Assembly: GCA_963817755.1 (NCBI GenBank)
Contig: CAWFPB010000005.1
Location: forward strand, 70,593-134,592
Length of the DNA stretch: 64,000 nt
Reading direction: 5' to 3'
From: an uncultured Gammaproteobacteria bacterium
GTDB lineage: Bacteria; Pseudomonadota; Gammaproteobacteria; Xanthomonadales; Rhodanobacteraceae
The position numbers were made by a program, and so were the translations under genes. Of the stretch, positions 38,420 to 47,983 are shown one piece after another; within the stretch, counting starts at the first letter, position 1, and each line of letters opens with the position of its first letter. The notes under the pieces were generated by a model. The model ran no database searches. It saw only the letters and a program-made list of their open reading frames with translations, and was not told where the DNA came from.

Positions 38420-39169
38420 TCACGAGCCGAAGATCGCCTTGATGGATGCTGGCTTGTCCGGCATGCCGTCCAGCAGCTGCAGGTTGCCGTCCGGGTCGCG
38501 GAACAGGATCGCCGGCGTACCCGAGATGCCGAACTGGTCCATCAGTTGGTTGTTGGCCTCGATCTTCTTCATCATCGCCGCCGGCACGTGCGCCATCGGC
38601 CGGATCGGGCTGTGGCCGAAGTCCTTCTCGTGTCGTCGCATCGCCTTCGCCGGATGGGCTGCGGACAGGATGGCCGCCGCCCGGCCCAGGCTCTCGGGCC
38701 GGATCACCGCCACCATGACGTAGCGCACCTGCACCGTGCCGCCGGACAGCAGCGGCTGCACCTGCTGCCACAGGCGGTGGCAGTACGGACATTCGGTATC
38801 GCTGAACACGTAGACCACACGCTTGGGATGCACCGCGCCCTCGGCGATCCAGGTGCTCGCGGCCAACGCCTTCCAGGCCCCGGCCCCCAGTTTCGGCTTC
38901 ACCGCTGCCGCAAACGGCCCGCGGGTCAGGTCGTGCCCGTCGGCATCGAACAGGTTGCCGACCACCACATGCTTGCCGTCCGGCAGCAGGTAGACCGGAA
39001 GCCGCTGGCCCTGGAATTCGGCCAGGTACCCGCGAAATCCCGGCGGCGCCTGCATTTCACCCTGAATCGTCAGGCCCTTCTTCTGCAACGCCTGGATCGG
39101 CGGCGGGGGCTGGGCGGCCATCGCGCCGGCGCTGAACAGGGCCATGAAAAGAACACACCATGCTTTCAC
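38420..39169 (-). CDS. dsbG: Thiol:disulfide interchange protein DsbG
   Basis: Signal peptide, VYLLPDGKHVVVGNLFDADG, VYVFSDTECPYCH, GTPA cis-Pro loop; GTG start. Confidence 0.88.
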   Translation of the reverse strand: MKAWCVLFMALFSAGAMAAQPPPPIQALQKKGLTIQGEMQAPPGFRGYLAEFQGQRLPVYLLPDGKHVVVGNLFDADGHDLTRGPFAAAVKPKLGAGAWKALAASTWIAEGAVHPKRVVYVFSDTECPYCHRLWQQVQPLLSGGTVQVRYVMVAVIRPESLGRAAAILSAAHPAKAMRRHEKDFGHSPIRPMAHVPAAMMKKIEANNQLMDQFGISGTPAILFRDPDGNLQLLDGMPDKPASIKAIFGS

Positions 39170-39407
39170 GTACTCGACTCCTGCCCGAAGGCTCTTGGTT
39201 GCGTCCGGCGCCATGCCCCGGACGCTGCAGATTGAATGCCGGAACCGGCCCTGTCCAGCCAGACCGGCAACGGAGTGCACATCTTTCATCCCTTCCCGCT
39301 GAATGTTTCCGCCTGCGCCACCGGCTGCCATCGACACCATGCGCATCCATGCGGTCACTCCCCTGCGTACAGGCCAGGTGACGATTCATCACGACACCCA
39401 GCCCATC

Positions 39408-39557
39408 GTGCATCGCAAGCTCCACCTTCCCTACAAGACCTGTCCCGCCTGCCTGCGCCCGTCTGTCCGGCGGCGCAAGTGGACACGCTGCCGGGACCCG
39501 GTCCGTTGCTGTTCGGCCGCACGCCACACCCGGGCACGACGGGGGACTCGCCGGTGA
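39408..39557 (+). pseudogene. Degenerate DUF2256-like small Cys protein
   Basis: HRKLHLPYKTCPAC.RP...RKW follows the DUF2256 pattern, but conserved F/W/W/Y/C positions are replaced by S/R/R/C/R. Confidence 0.55.
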
Positions 39558-40342
39558 ACGCGCAGGCCCGCCCCGTGGTGGCCGGCCTGCGGATGCCGGC
39601 ACGGATCCTGGTGACCGGCGCCAGCAGTGGTATAGGACTGGCCATGACCCGGCAGTTGCTGGCAAGCGAACGGGTCGACACCCTGTATGCGTGTTCCCGT
39701 CACGCCTCGCGCAGTACCGCTCTGGGTGCCCTCGCCGATCGCCATCCCGGTCGCCTGGTGCCCCTGGACGCCGACCTCACCGACGAAGTCCAGGTCCGGC
39801 ACATCGCCGCCCAGATCGCTGGACGTACACCCGAATTGCATCTGGTCTGCAACGCCGCCGGCCTGCTGCACACGCCGGGCCTGCAGCCGGAAAAGAGCGT
39901 GGCCCAGGTGCGCCTGGAACATCTTCAGCGCGTGTTTGCGGTCAATGCCTTCGCCCCGGTGTTGCTGGCCGGCGCCCTGTTGCCGTTGCTGCGCCACGGG
40001 CAGCCCTGCGTGTTCGCCTCGCTGTCGGCCCGGGTCGGCTCGATCGGCGACAACCGGCTGGGCGGCTGGTACAGCTACCGCGCCTCGAAGGCGGCGCAGA
40101 ACCAGCTGCTGCGGACCTTTGCACTGGAGCTGTCGCGCGCCAACCGGCGCGCCTGCTGCCTGCTGCTGCATCCGGGCACGGTGGATACGCCGCTGTCGGC
40201 GCCGTTCCAGGCACGCGTGCCGCCGCAGCAGCTGTTCACGCCCGAACGGGCCGCGCGCCAGTTGCTGGACATCATCGCCGGCGCGGAACCGGGTGACAGC
40301 GGGCGGTTCCTGGCCTGGGACGGTCGCGCGATTGCCTGGTAG
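39554..40342 (+). CDS. Short-chain dehydrogenase, CsgA/C-factor-like
   Basis: TGASSGIG, NAAGLLH..PEKS, SARVGSIGDNRLGGWYSYRASKAAQNQ, HPGTVDTPLS. Confidence 0.9.
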   Translation: MNAQARPVVAGLRMPARILVTGASSGIGLAMTRQLLASERVDTLYACSRHASRSTALGALADRHPGRLVPLDADLTDEVQVRHIAAQIAGRTPELHLVCNAAGLLHTPGLQPEKSVAQVRLEHLQRVFAVNAFAPVLLAGALLPLLRHGQPCVFASLSARVGSIGDNRLGGWYSYRASKAAQNQLLRTFALELSRANRRACCLLLHPGTVDTPLSAPFQARVPPQQLFTPERAARQLLDIIAGAEPGDSGRFLAWDGRAIAW

Positions 40343-40354
40343 TCGGCCAGGATC

Positions 40355-41128
40355 TCAACCGTGCCAGGTCCGCCACAGCATGTAGCCGGAAACAATGACC
40401 AGTGCACCGGCGAACACCATGTTCAGCGCGCCCTTGGTACTGGCCAGGCGCTTGGCCAGCATGGTGCCGACCCAGCCACCGATGATGCCGCCGGCAATGA
40501 ACTCCAGGGTCACGTGCCACTCGGGCATGATGCCCGAGGCCATGTAGCTGATCGACGTGGTCATCGCCGACGTGCCCACGGCGAACAGCGACGTGCCCAC
40601 GGCGTAGATGATGCCCATGCCACTGGCGAACATCAGTCCGGGCACATACAGAAAACCGCCGCCGATGCCGAAGAATCCGGCCAGGGTGCCGGCACCCAGG
40701 CCGACCGCGCCCAGGCGCGGCACCATGTGCGGCTTGGGCCAGGCATCGTCCCCGCTCTTGCGCCTTCCCCGGATCATCAGGAAGGCCACGATCAGCATCA
40801 GCATCGCAAACAGGAACACCAGATGCTTGCCGTCCACGATCTTGCCGATGGTCGATCCCGCCCACGCACCGAGGATGATCATGGGCGCGAACGTGAAGGC
40901 CGCCTTCCAGCGCACATGACCGGCACGTGCGTGCGGGATCAGGTTGGCGAAAGCGTTCAACGACACGGCCAGCGCACCGGTGCCGATGGCTTCGTGCGGG
41001 TCCTTCACGCCGACCACGTACAGCAGCAGCGGCATCGCCAGCATCGAGCCGCCGCCGCCCACCAGGGCCAGCGAAAGTCCGACCAGCGACCCGCAAGCCA
41101 GGGCCACGACATCAGATGACAACAGCAT
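40355..41128 (-). CDS. TauE/SafE (TSUP) sulfite-exporter family protein
   Basis: GLSLALVGGGGSMLAMP, AIGTGALAV, GFFGIGGGFLYVPGL, AVGTSL. Confidence 0.88.
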   Translation of the reverse strand: MLLSSDVVALACGSLVGLSLALVGGGGSMLAMPLLLYVVGVKDPHEAIGTGALAVSLNAFANLIPHARAGHVRWKAAFTFAPMIILGAWAGSTIGKIVDGKHLVFLFAMLMLIVAFLMIRGRRKSGDDAWPKPHMVPRLGAVGLGAGTLAGFFGIGGGFLYVPGLMFASGMGIIYAVGTSLFAVGTSAMTTSISYMASGIMPEWHVTLEFIAGGIIGGWVGTMLAKRLASTKGALNMVFAGALVIVSGYMLWRTWHG

Positions 41129-41225
41129 CCACGTTCTCCTCTACTCGTAACGATGCTGCCGGACGGGTGTCCGGAACGCACGCATCATGCCGATCATGAT
41201 CGGCGTTTTGGGTCATCTGAGCCCA

Positions 41226-42107
41226 TCAACTACCGAACTGGTCGATGGGCAACTTCAGGTAGCGTACGCCATTGTCCTCGGCCGGCGGGAATGCACCGGC
41301 GCGCATGTTGACCTGCACCGAGGGCAGGATCAGCCGCGGCATGGATAGCCCTGCGTCGCGCTTCTCGCGCATCGCCACGAACGTGGCCTCGTCCACGCCT
41401 TCGTGCACGTGGATGTTGTCGCGTTTCTCCGCGCCGATCGTGGTCTCGTACGCCAGTTCGCTGCGCCCGGCCGGCAGGTAGTCGTGGCACATGAACACCC
41501 GGGTCTCGTCCGGCAGTTCGAACAGGCGCTGGATGGAGGCGTACAGCGCATGCGCATCGCCGCCCGGGAAATCGCAGCGCGCAGTGCCGTAGTCGGGCAT
41601 GAACAGGGTGTCGCCGACGAAGGCGGCATCGCCGATCACGTGGGTCATGCAGGCCGGCGTGTGCCCCGGCGTGTGCAGTGCCACGGCCTCGATGTCGCCG
41701 ACGCGATAGGTCTCGCCGTCGGTGAACAGATGATCGAACTGGCTGCCGTCGCGCGCGAATTCGGTGCCGGCGTTGAACACCTTGCCGAACACGTCCTGCA
41801 CCGTGCGGATGTGTTTGCCGATGCCCAGCTTGCCGCCCAGTTGCTGCTTCAGGTAGGGCGCGGCCGACAGGTGGTCGGCATGCACGTGGGTATCGATGAT
41901 CCAGTCCACGCTCAGGCCCTGCTCGTGCACGTGGGCGATGATGCGGTCGGCCGATTCGTGCCCGGTCGAACCGGAAGCGGAGTCGAAATCGAGCACGCTG
42001 TCGAGGACCGCGGCTCGCCGGGTGCCCGGATCGCTGACCACGTAGCTGTAGGTGTTGCTGGCCGGGTCGAAGAAGGGCTGCACGTTTGGGCGCTGCTGGC
42101 TGTTCAT
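41226..42107 (-). CDS. Persulfide (sulfur) dioxygenase, MBL fold (Sdo/Blh/ETHE1-like)
   Basis: FFDPASNTYSYVV, THVHADHLS, TPGHTPAC, GDTLFMPDYGTARCDFPGG, MCHDY, PSVQVNMRAG. Confidence 0.9.
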   Translation of the reverse strand: MNSQQRPNVQPFFDPASNTYSYVVSDPGTRRAAVLDSVLDFDSASGSTGHESADRIIAHVHEQGLSVDWIIDTHVHADHLSAAPYLKQQLGGKLGIGKHIRTVQDVFGKVFNAGTEFARDGSQFDHLFTDGETYRVGDIEAVALHTPGHTPACMTHVIGDAAFVGDTLFMPDYGTARCDFPGGDAHALYASIQRLFELPDETRVFMCHDYLPAGRSELAYETTIGAEKRDNIHVHEGVDEATFVAMREKRDAGLSMPRLILPSVQVNMRAGAFPPAEDNGVRYLKLPIDQFGS

Positions 42108-42167
42108 GGGGGCGCACTCCTGCCGCTCGCGGAGGGCGGACCTTGACGGCCCGGGCCCGCGCAGGGC

Positions 42168-42195
42168 TTTAAATATTCGAGAATTCTAATATAAA
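42168..42195. promoter_or_regulatory. AT-rich inverted repeat upstream of the persulfide dioxygenase (candidate ArsR/BigR/SqrR-type operator)
   Basis: TTTAA-ATATT-CGAGAATTCT-AATAT-AAA, with internal palindrome AGAATTCT. Confidence 0.5.
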
Positions 42196-42238
42196 GGCTC
42201 GGTCCCCGGCACTGCAAGCGTTGCCGCAGGGCATTTGC

Positions 42239-42286
42239 TTGACATGGATATAGTTGCCTTGACAATTATGTCTATGTCTATAGAAT
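42239..42286 (+). promoter_or_regulatory. Sigma70 promoter and MarR-type operator of the efflux operon
   Basis: TTGACA (42259-64)-N16-TAGAAT (42281-86); imperfect palindrome ATAGTTGCC-TT-GACAATTAT (42250-69) overlaps the -35; second TTGACA at 42239. Confidence 0.7.
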
Positions 42287-42292
42287 GCGCGC

Positions 42293-42751
42293 ATGCTTCC
42301 CCAACCCCCCGTCCTCGAACCCGGCGAACGCAGCCTCGGCCTGCTGGTCAGCATGATCCGCACCGAGCTGGTGCGTGCACTGGAATCGGCGCTGCAGCGC
42401 GAGGGCGTGGGCCTGCGCTTCACCCAGTTCCTGGCGCTCAAGCGCCTGGCCAAGGACGGGCCGATGTGCGCGGGCGAACTGGCCCGGGCCCTGGATCACG
42501 ACGCCGGTGCCATGACCCGCGTGGTCGACCAGCTGGAGAAGAAGGGCTATGTGCGCCGCCAGCCCAACGAACAGGACCGCCGCTCGCTGCGGATCGCCGT
42601 CACCGACGCCGGCAAGGCCGTCTGGCGGCACATCGCCATCGCCCACGAACACACCCTGGAGCGCGCACAGCAGGACCTCGGTGCTGACGAGCGCGCCCAA
42701 CTGATGGACCTCCTCGAGCGCGTGCACGCGTCGCTGCAGACCATCGAATAA
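42293..42751 (+). CDS. MarR-family repressor (EmrR-like)
   Basis: FTQFLALKRL, DAGAMTRVVDQLEKKGYVRR, DRRSLRIAVTDAG. Confidence 0.92.
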   Translation: MLPQPPVLEPGERSLGLLVSMIRTELVRALESALQREGVGLRFTQFLALKRLAKDGPMCAGELARALDHDAGAMTRVVDQLEKKGYVRRQPNEQDRRSLRIAVTDAGKAVWRHIAIAHEHTLERAQQDLGADERAQLMDLLERVHASLQTIE

Positions 42752-42780
42752 CCTCATTTCTGCCCAGGCAAACACTTCCC

Positions 42781-44250
42781 ATGCGTATCGCCTATTTCTC
42801 CCTTACTGCCGTGCTGGTGGCCGCCCTGGCCGGCTGCGCCAGTTCTGCCGGACTGCGCTCGGACGCCCGCCCGCTCAAGGCCAGCAACCTTGCCGCAGCG
42901 CACAGCCTGCACGGCGCCCCGGTCGATGCCAACGGCCCGGCCCGGGACTGGTGGACCGGTCTCGGCGACCCGCGCCTGGATGCGCTGGTGCGCGAAGCCC
43001 TGAAGAACAACCCGGACCTGGCCATCGCCCGCGCCCGCGCCCGTGCAGCCGAGGCCCGGGCCGGTGCCGTGCACGCCGACACCCTGCCGAGCGTCAACGC
43101 CGGCGCCAGCATCGCCGGAGCGCATCCGCCCGCCACCCTGCTGCCGCCGCCGATCGGCGGGCACTTCAGCTGGATCAAGTACGGCGACGTCAGCTTCCAC
43201 TGGAACCTGGATCTGTGGGGCGGCGACCGCGCCGCCTGGGAAGCCGCCGTCGGCCGTACCCGCGCCGCCGCTCTGGACACCCGCACCGCGCGGCTTGAAG
43301 TCTCCGCCAATGTCGCCCGCGCCTACGCGCAGCTGGGTTACGCCTGCCGCCAGCAGGACCTGGCGCGCGAGCAGCTGCAACGCGCCGAGCACGTGCGCAC
43401 GCTCACGGCGCAGCGGGTGAAGGCCGGCATCGACAGCCGCCTGCAGCTGCAGCAGGCCGACGCCGAGCAGGCCACCGCCCAGCAGCAGCTGGCCGCCGCC
43501 GGTCGCGGCGTCTCGTCCGCACGCAACGCGCTCGCCGCACTGCTGGGCAAGGGTCCTGACCGCGGTCTGGACATCGGCCGTCCCAAGCCGCTGCATCCGG
43601 CCGCCGTGGCCCTGCCCTCGACCCTGCCGGCCGAACTGCTGGGCCGCCGTCCCGACGTAATCGCCGCGCGCCTTCGCGTGCAGGCCGCCGGCAAGGACAT
43701 CCGGGTGGCCAGGAAGCGCTTCCTGCCCAACATCAGCATTGGCGCACTGGCCGGCCTGGCCGCGGCTGGCGGCACCAACCTGTTCCAGCTGCCCGCGCGC
43801 TTCTACCAGGTGGCACCCGCAGTCAGCCTGCCGATCTTCGACGGCGGCCGCCTGCGCGCCAACCTCGCCGGCCGCGACGCCGCGCGCGATCTGGCCGTGG
43901 CGCAATACAACAAGACCGTGATCGGCGCGCTCGGCAGCATCGCCGACAAGCTCGACGCCATCGATTCGCTCAGGCAGCAGGTTGCCGCACAGCAACGTGC
44001 GCTCGACGCCGCGCGCGAGGCCTGGACCCTGGCCATGCAGCGCTACCGCTCCGGCGTCGGCAGCTACCTGCAGGCGCTGACCGTGCAACGCCAGCTGCTG
44101 GCCGCCGAACAGGGCGCCGCCGCGCTGCATGCCGAGCAGGTCGATCTTTCCGTGCAACTGATCCAGGCCCTGGGCGGCTACCGCCCCGACCATGCAACCC
44201 CCGCCGCCGTGGCGGTGAAAACCAACGCTCCCCGAGGCATCCATGAGTAA
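42781..44250 (+). CDS. NodT/TolC-family outer-membrane efflux lipoprotein
   Basis: Lipobox LAGC, LVREALKNNPDL, WNLDLWG, LPAELLGRRPDV, SLPIFDGG, LIQALGG. Confidence 0.92.
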   Translation: MRIAYFSLTAVLVAALAGCASSAGLRSDARPLKASNLAAAHSLHGAPVDANGPARDWWTGLGDPRLDALVREALKNNPDLAIARARARAAEARAGAVHADTLPSVNAGASIAGAHPPATLLPPPIGGHFSWIKYGDVSFHWNLDLWGGDRAAWEAAVGRTRAAALDTRTARLEVSANVARAYAQLGYACRQQDLAREQLQRAEHVRTLTAQRVKAGIDSRLQLQQADAEQATAQQQLAAAGRGVSSARNALAALLGKGPDRGLDIGRPKPLHPAAVALPSTLPAELLGRRPDVIAARLRVQAAGKDIRVARKRFLPNISIGALAGLAAAGGTNLFQLPARFYQVAPAVSLPIFDGGRLRANLAGRDAARDLAVAQYNKTVIGALGSIADKLDAIDSLRQQVAAQQRALDAAREAWTLAMQRYRSGVGSYLQALTVQRQLLAAEQGAAALHAEQVDLSVQLIQALGGYRPDHATPAAVAVKTNAPRGIHE

Positions 44251-45427
44251 CGAGACGTCCAACGAAACCACCGCCCAGGCGACCCGCAAGGGCCGTCGCA
44301 GCTTCCTGCTGCGCGGCCTGCTGATCGTGATCGTGCTGGCCGCCATCGCCTGGACCCTCTGGTACGTGTTCGAAGGCCGCTGGTACGCCGACACCGACGA
44401 TGCCTACGTGCACGGCAACGTGGTGCAGATCACCCCGCGCACGCCCGGTAGCGTGGTCAGCATCGGCGCCGAGGACGGCGACCTGGTGCACGCCGGCCAG
44501 ATGCTGGTCAAGCTCGATCCCAGCGACGCCGAAGTCGCCCTGCAGGCGGCCGAGGCCAACCTGGCGCGTACCGTGCGCAAGGTGCGCGGCATGTACAGCC
44601 AGGTGCAGGGTGCACAGGCCGACCTCAAGGCGCGTCGGGTGGCCCTGAACAAGGCCCGTGCCGACTACAAGCGCCGCGAGGGCCTGGCCAAGAGCGGTGC
44701 CATCTCCAGCGAGGAACTGGCCCATGCACGCGATGCCCTGGACGCCGCCGAAAGCGCGTTGAGCTCGACCCTGCAGAAGTACAACTCCAGCAAGGTGCTG
44801 GTCGACGACACCGTGGTCGCCTCGCATCCGGACGTGAAGGCCGCCGCCGCCAAGGTGCGCCAGGCCTACCTGGACACCGCGCGCAGCACCATCGTCGCGC
44901 CGGTCACCGGCTACGTGGCCAAGCGCAGCGTGCAGGTGGGCCAGCGCGTGCAGCCGGGCGAGCCGCTGATGGCGGTGGTGCCGCTGCACCAGGTGTGGGT
45001 CGACGCCAACTTCAAGGAGACCCAGCTCGCGCACATGCGCATCGGCCAGCCGGTGCAGCTGGAATCGGACCTGTACGGCGGCTCGGTGACCTTCCACGGC
45101 ACCGTGCAGAGCCTGGGCATCGGCACCGGCAGCGCGTTCTCGCTGCTGCCGGCGCAGAACGCCACCGGCAACTGGATCAAGATCGTGCAGCGCGTGCCGG
45201 TGCGCATCCGCCTCGATCCCGCCGACGTGCGCGCCCATCCGCTGCGCATCGGCCTGTCGATGAGCGCCTCGGTCAACCTGCACGACCGCAACGGCCCGGT
45301 GCTGGCACAGCAGGCGCCGAAGAAACCGGTGCTCACCACCGCCATCTACCACCGCCAGCTCGACGCCGCCGATGCGCTGATCGCGCACATCATCCACATG
45401 AACATGGGTCACTCGAAGCCGCACTGA
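44243..45427 (+). CDS. emrA: EmrA-family membrane fusion protein
   Basis: TDDAYVHGN, ANFKETQL, GTGSAFSLLPAQNATGNWIKIVQRVPVRI. Confidence 0.93.
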   Translation: MSNETSNETTAQATRKGRRSFLLRGLLIVIVLAAIAWTLWYVFEGRWYADTDDAYVHGNVVQITPRTPGSVVSIGAEDGDLVHAGQMLVKLDPSDAEVALQAAEANLARTVRKVRGMYSQVQGAQADLKARRVALNKARADYKRREGLAKSGAISSEELAHARDALDAAESALSSTLQKYNSSKVLVDDTVVASHPDVKAAAAKVRQAYLDTARSTIVAPVTGYVAKRSVQVGQRVQPGEPLMAVVPLHQVWVDANFKETQLAHMRIGQPVQLESDLYGGSVTFHGTVQSLGIGTGSAFSLLPAQNATGNWIKIVQRVPVRIRLDPADVRAHPLRIGLSMSASVNLHDRNGPVLAQQAPKKPVLTTAIYHRQLDAADALIAHIIHMNMGHSKPH

Positions 45428-45535
45428 GACCCCGCACCGATCCCATCACGCTCCGGCCGCCCACGCGGCCGGAGACAGGGAAGTGCACCCTCCGCCTCGC
45501 CCGAAGACCCGTAACGCCGACCGGACCCGATCGCC

Positions 45536-47068
45536 ATGGACACCCATTTTCGTCCCCCCAACCTGGCATTGACCACGATCGGCCTGTCGCTGGCCACGTT
45601 CATGCAGGTGCTCGACACCACCATCGCCAACGTGTCGCTGCCGACCATCGCCGGCAACCTGGGCGTGAGCAACGACCAGAGCACCTGGGTGATCACCTCG
45701 TTCGCCGTGGCCATGGCGATCTCGCTGCCGCTGACCGGGTTCCTGACCCGCCGCTTCGGCGAGACCAAGCTGTTCGTCGTCTCCACGCTGCTGTTCGCGC
45801 TGACCTCGTTCCTGTGCGGCATCTCGCAGTCGATGGGCATGCTGCTGCTGTTCCGCACCGTCCAGGGCGCGGTGGCCGGTCCGATGTACCCGGTCACGCA
45901 GAGCCTGCTGATCGGCGTGTACCCGCCGGAAAAGCGCGGCATGGCGCTGGCGCTGCTGGCCATGGTCACCGTGGTCGCGCCGATCGCCGGCCCGATCCTG
46001 GGCGGCTGGATCACCGACCGCTACTCGTGGCCGTGGATCTTCTTCATCAACGTGCCGATCGGCATCTTCGCCAGCGTGGTGATCGGCAACCAGCTGCGCG
46101 AAAAGTTCGAAAAGCTGCAGCGCCCGCGCATGGACTGGGTCGGCCTGGTCACCCTGATCGTCGGCGTAGGCGCACTGCAGATCGTGCTCGACAAGGGCAA
46201 TGACGCGGACTGGTTCCACTCCACCTTCATCATCGTCATGAGCATCGTGGCGACGATCTCGCTGGCCATCTTCCTGATCTGGGAGCTGACCGACGACGAC
46301 CCCATCGTGGATCTGAAGCTGTTCCGCCACCGCAACTTCAGCGCCGGCACCCTGGCCCTGGTGCTGGCCTACGCGGCGTTCTTCTCGATCGGCCTGCTGG
46401 TGCCGCTGTGGCTGCAGCAGAACCTGCACTACACCGCCACCTGGGCCGGCTACGCCACCGCCCCGCTGGGCGTGATCCCGGTGCTGCTGACCTTCTTCGT
46501 GGGCAAGTACGCCATGCGCATGGACCTGCGCGTGCTGGCCGGCCTGGCCTTCCTTGTGATGGCCCTGACCTGCTTCATGCGCGGAGGCTTCAACCTGCAG
46601 GTGGACTTCTACCACGTGGCCATGGTGCAGCTGTGGCAGGGCCTGGGCGTGGCGCTGTTCTTCATGCCGGTGCTGACCATCCTGCTGTCGGACCTGCGCC
46701 AGGACGAGATCGCTTCCGGTTCCGGGCTGGCCACCTTCCTGCGCACCCTGGGCGGCAGCTTCGCCGCCTCCATCACCACCTTCGCCTGGATCCGCGGCGC
46801 CGACACCCACCACGCGCAGCTGACCGAGCACATCACCGCCTACGACCCGCAGGCCCGGGCCGCACTGCACACGCTCGGCCACGGCAACACCGAACTGGGC
46901 GGGCGCATCCTCAACGGCATGATCACCCAGCAGAGCTACCAGATCTCGTTCAACGAGCTGTTCCACGTGCTGGGCTGGATCTTCCTCGGCCTGATCGCGG
47001 TGATCTGGCTGGCCAGGCCGCCGTTCGGGCCCAAGGGCACCAAGCCGGCCGGCGGCGGCGGGCACTAG
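45536..47068 (+). CDS. emrB: EmrB-family DHA2 MFS efflux pump
   Basis: FMQVLDTTIANVSLPTIAGNLG, WVITSF, GPILGGWITD, WPWIFFINVPIG. Confidence 0.93.
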   Translation: MDTHFRPPNLALTTIGLSLATFMQVLDTTIANVSLPTIAGNLGVSNDQSTWVITSFAVAMAISLPLTGFLTRRFGETKLFVVSTLLFALTSFLCGISQSMGMLLLFRTVQGAVAGPMYPVTQSLLIGVYPPEKRGMALALLAMVTVVAPIAGPILGGWITDRYSWPWIFFINVPIGIFASVVIGNQLREKFEKLQRPRMDWVGLVTLIVGVGALQIVLDKGNDADWFHSTFIIVMSIVATISLAIFLIWELTDDDPIVDLKLFRHRNFSAGTLALVLAYAAFFSIGLLVPLWLQQNLHYTATWAGYATAPLGVIPVLLTFFVGKYAMRMDLRVLAGLAFLVMALTCFMRGGFNLQVDFYHVAMVQLWQGLGVALFFMPVLTILLSDLRQDEIASGSGLATFLRTLGGSFAASITTFAWIRGADTHHAQLTEHITAYDPQARAALHTLGHGNTELGGRILNGMITQQSYQISFNELFHVLGWIFLGLIAVIWLARPPFGPKGTKPAGGGGH

Positions 47069-47263
47069 ACACCGGACGCGCAGGATCGACCTGCGTCGGC
47101 CGGGCAACCTTTCAGGTGCCCGGCGCTTGCGCTCTGAACCGGGCAAGGCATGGCACTCTCGCCTGCGCGCAACCGGTGGCGACATGGATAGCCTGGCTGG
47201 CCTGCCGCTGCCGCGCACGTACCGCCCGGCTCGCCGGGCGGGTGCCACAACGCAAAGCCGGCG

Positions 47264-47848
47264 TCACGGATGACCGGAGGCGGTGTACTTCACGTCGGTC
47301 ACGACGCCGTTCCTGTCGTAGGAAACGACCAGCTTCCGGTCCTCAAGCAGCTTGACCCCGGAAATCTGCTTGCTGAAATAAACCAGGGCCCGATAGTTCG
47401 AATCCGGGATCAGGGGCGGCGCATACAGGCCACCGGGCGGTCCGAGCAACCGGATCACGTCGCTCTTCGTGCTTTCGCCCTTGTGGATGGACGCGATGCT
47501 CTTCGCATCGAACTCGGTCCCTTCGCCCTTGAACGAATCGGTGAAATCCATGCCGACCAGCACATCATTGAGGAAGTAGAAGGTCTCGGCCTTGGTGGGC
47601 GTGATTTCGGGCCGCAGCGCCTTGCTGAAATTGTTCTTGTAGAGGTAGGTCATCGTCCAGACGTCCTTGCCGCGGACATGCAGCTTCTGGAAGGCGTTCG
47701 GATGCGGACCCACCCGTGCGTAGACCTCGTCCCGCATGGTCTTTCCCAGCGTGAAGGCGTCGGGCCGCACGCGCACGAAATTCTTCCCCGTGCAACCGGC
47801 GAGCACCAGCATCGCCGTTGCCGCCAACACCGCGCAGCCGCTCTTCAT
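47264..47848 (-). CDS. Lipoprotein with two BamE/SmpA-like modules (hypothetical)
   Basis: Lipobox LAGC; two repeats of the type LGKTMRDEVYARVG and HKGESTKSDVIRLLGPP. Confidence 0.65.
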   Translation of the reverse strand: MKSGCAVLAATAMLVLAGCTGKNFVRVRPDAFTLGKTMRDEVYARVGPHPNAFQKLHVRGKDVWTMTYLYKNNFSKALRPEITPTKAETFYFLNDVLVGMDFTDSFKGEGTEFDAKSIASIHKGESTKSDVIRLLGPPGGLYAPPLIPDSNYRALVYFSKQISGVKLLEDRKLVVSYDRNGVVTDVKYTASGHP

Positions 47849-47983
47849 GCTTCCAGCTTTTTGTCGCACCATTCGCTTACTCCCCATGGTCGGACAGGCC
47901 CCGACCATTCATCCGAAAGACATCCTCGTCGAGGTTATAGCGTGCTGCGCACGGGGACGCCAGCATCCTGCCACGCGCGCCAC

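Noticed and set aside
39339-39407. MRIHAVTPLRTGQVTIH as a remnant of an AHL-lactonase-like MBL N-terminus
   Set aside because: Too short, with no HxHxDH downstream; likely chance.
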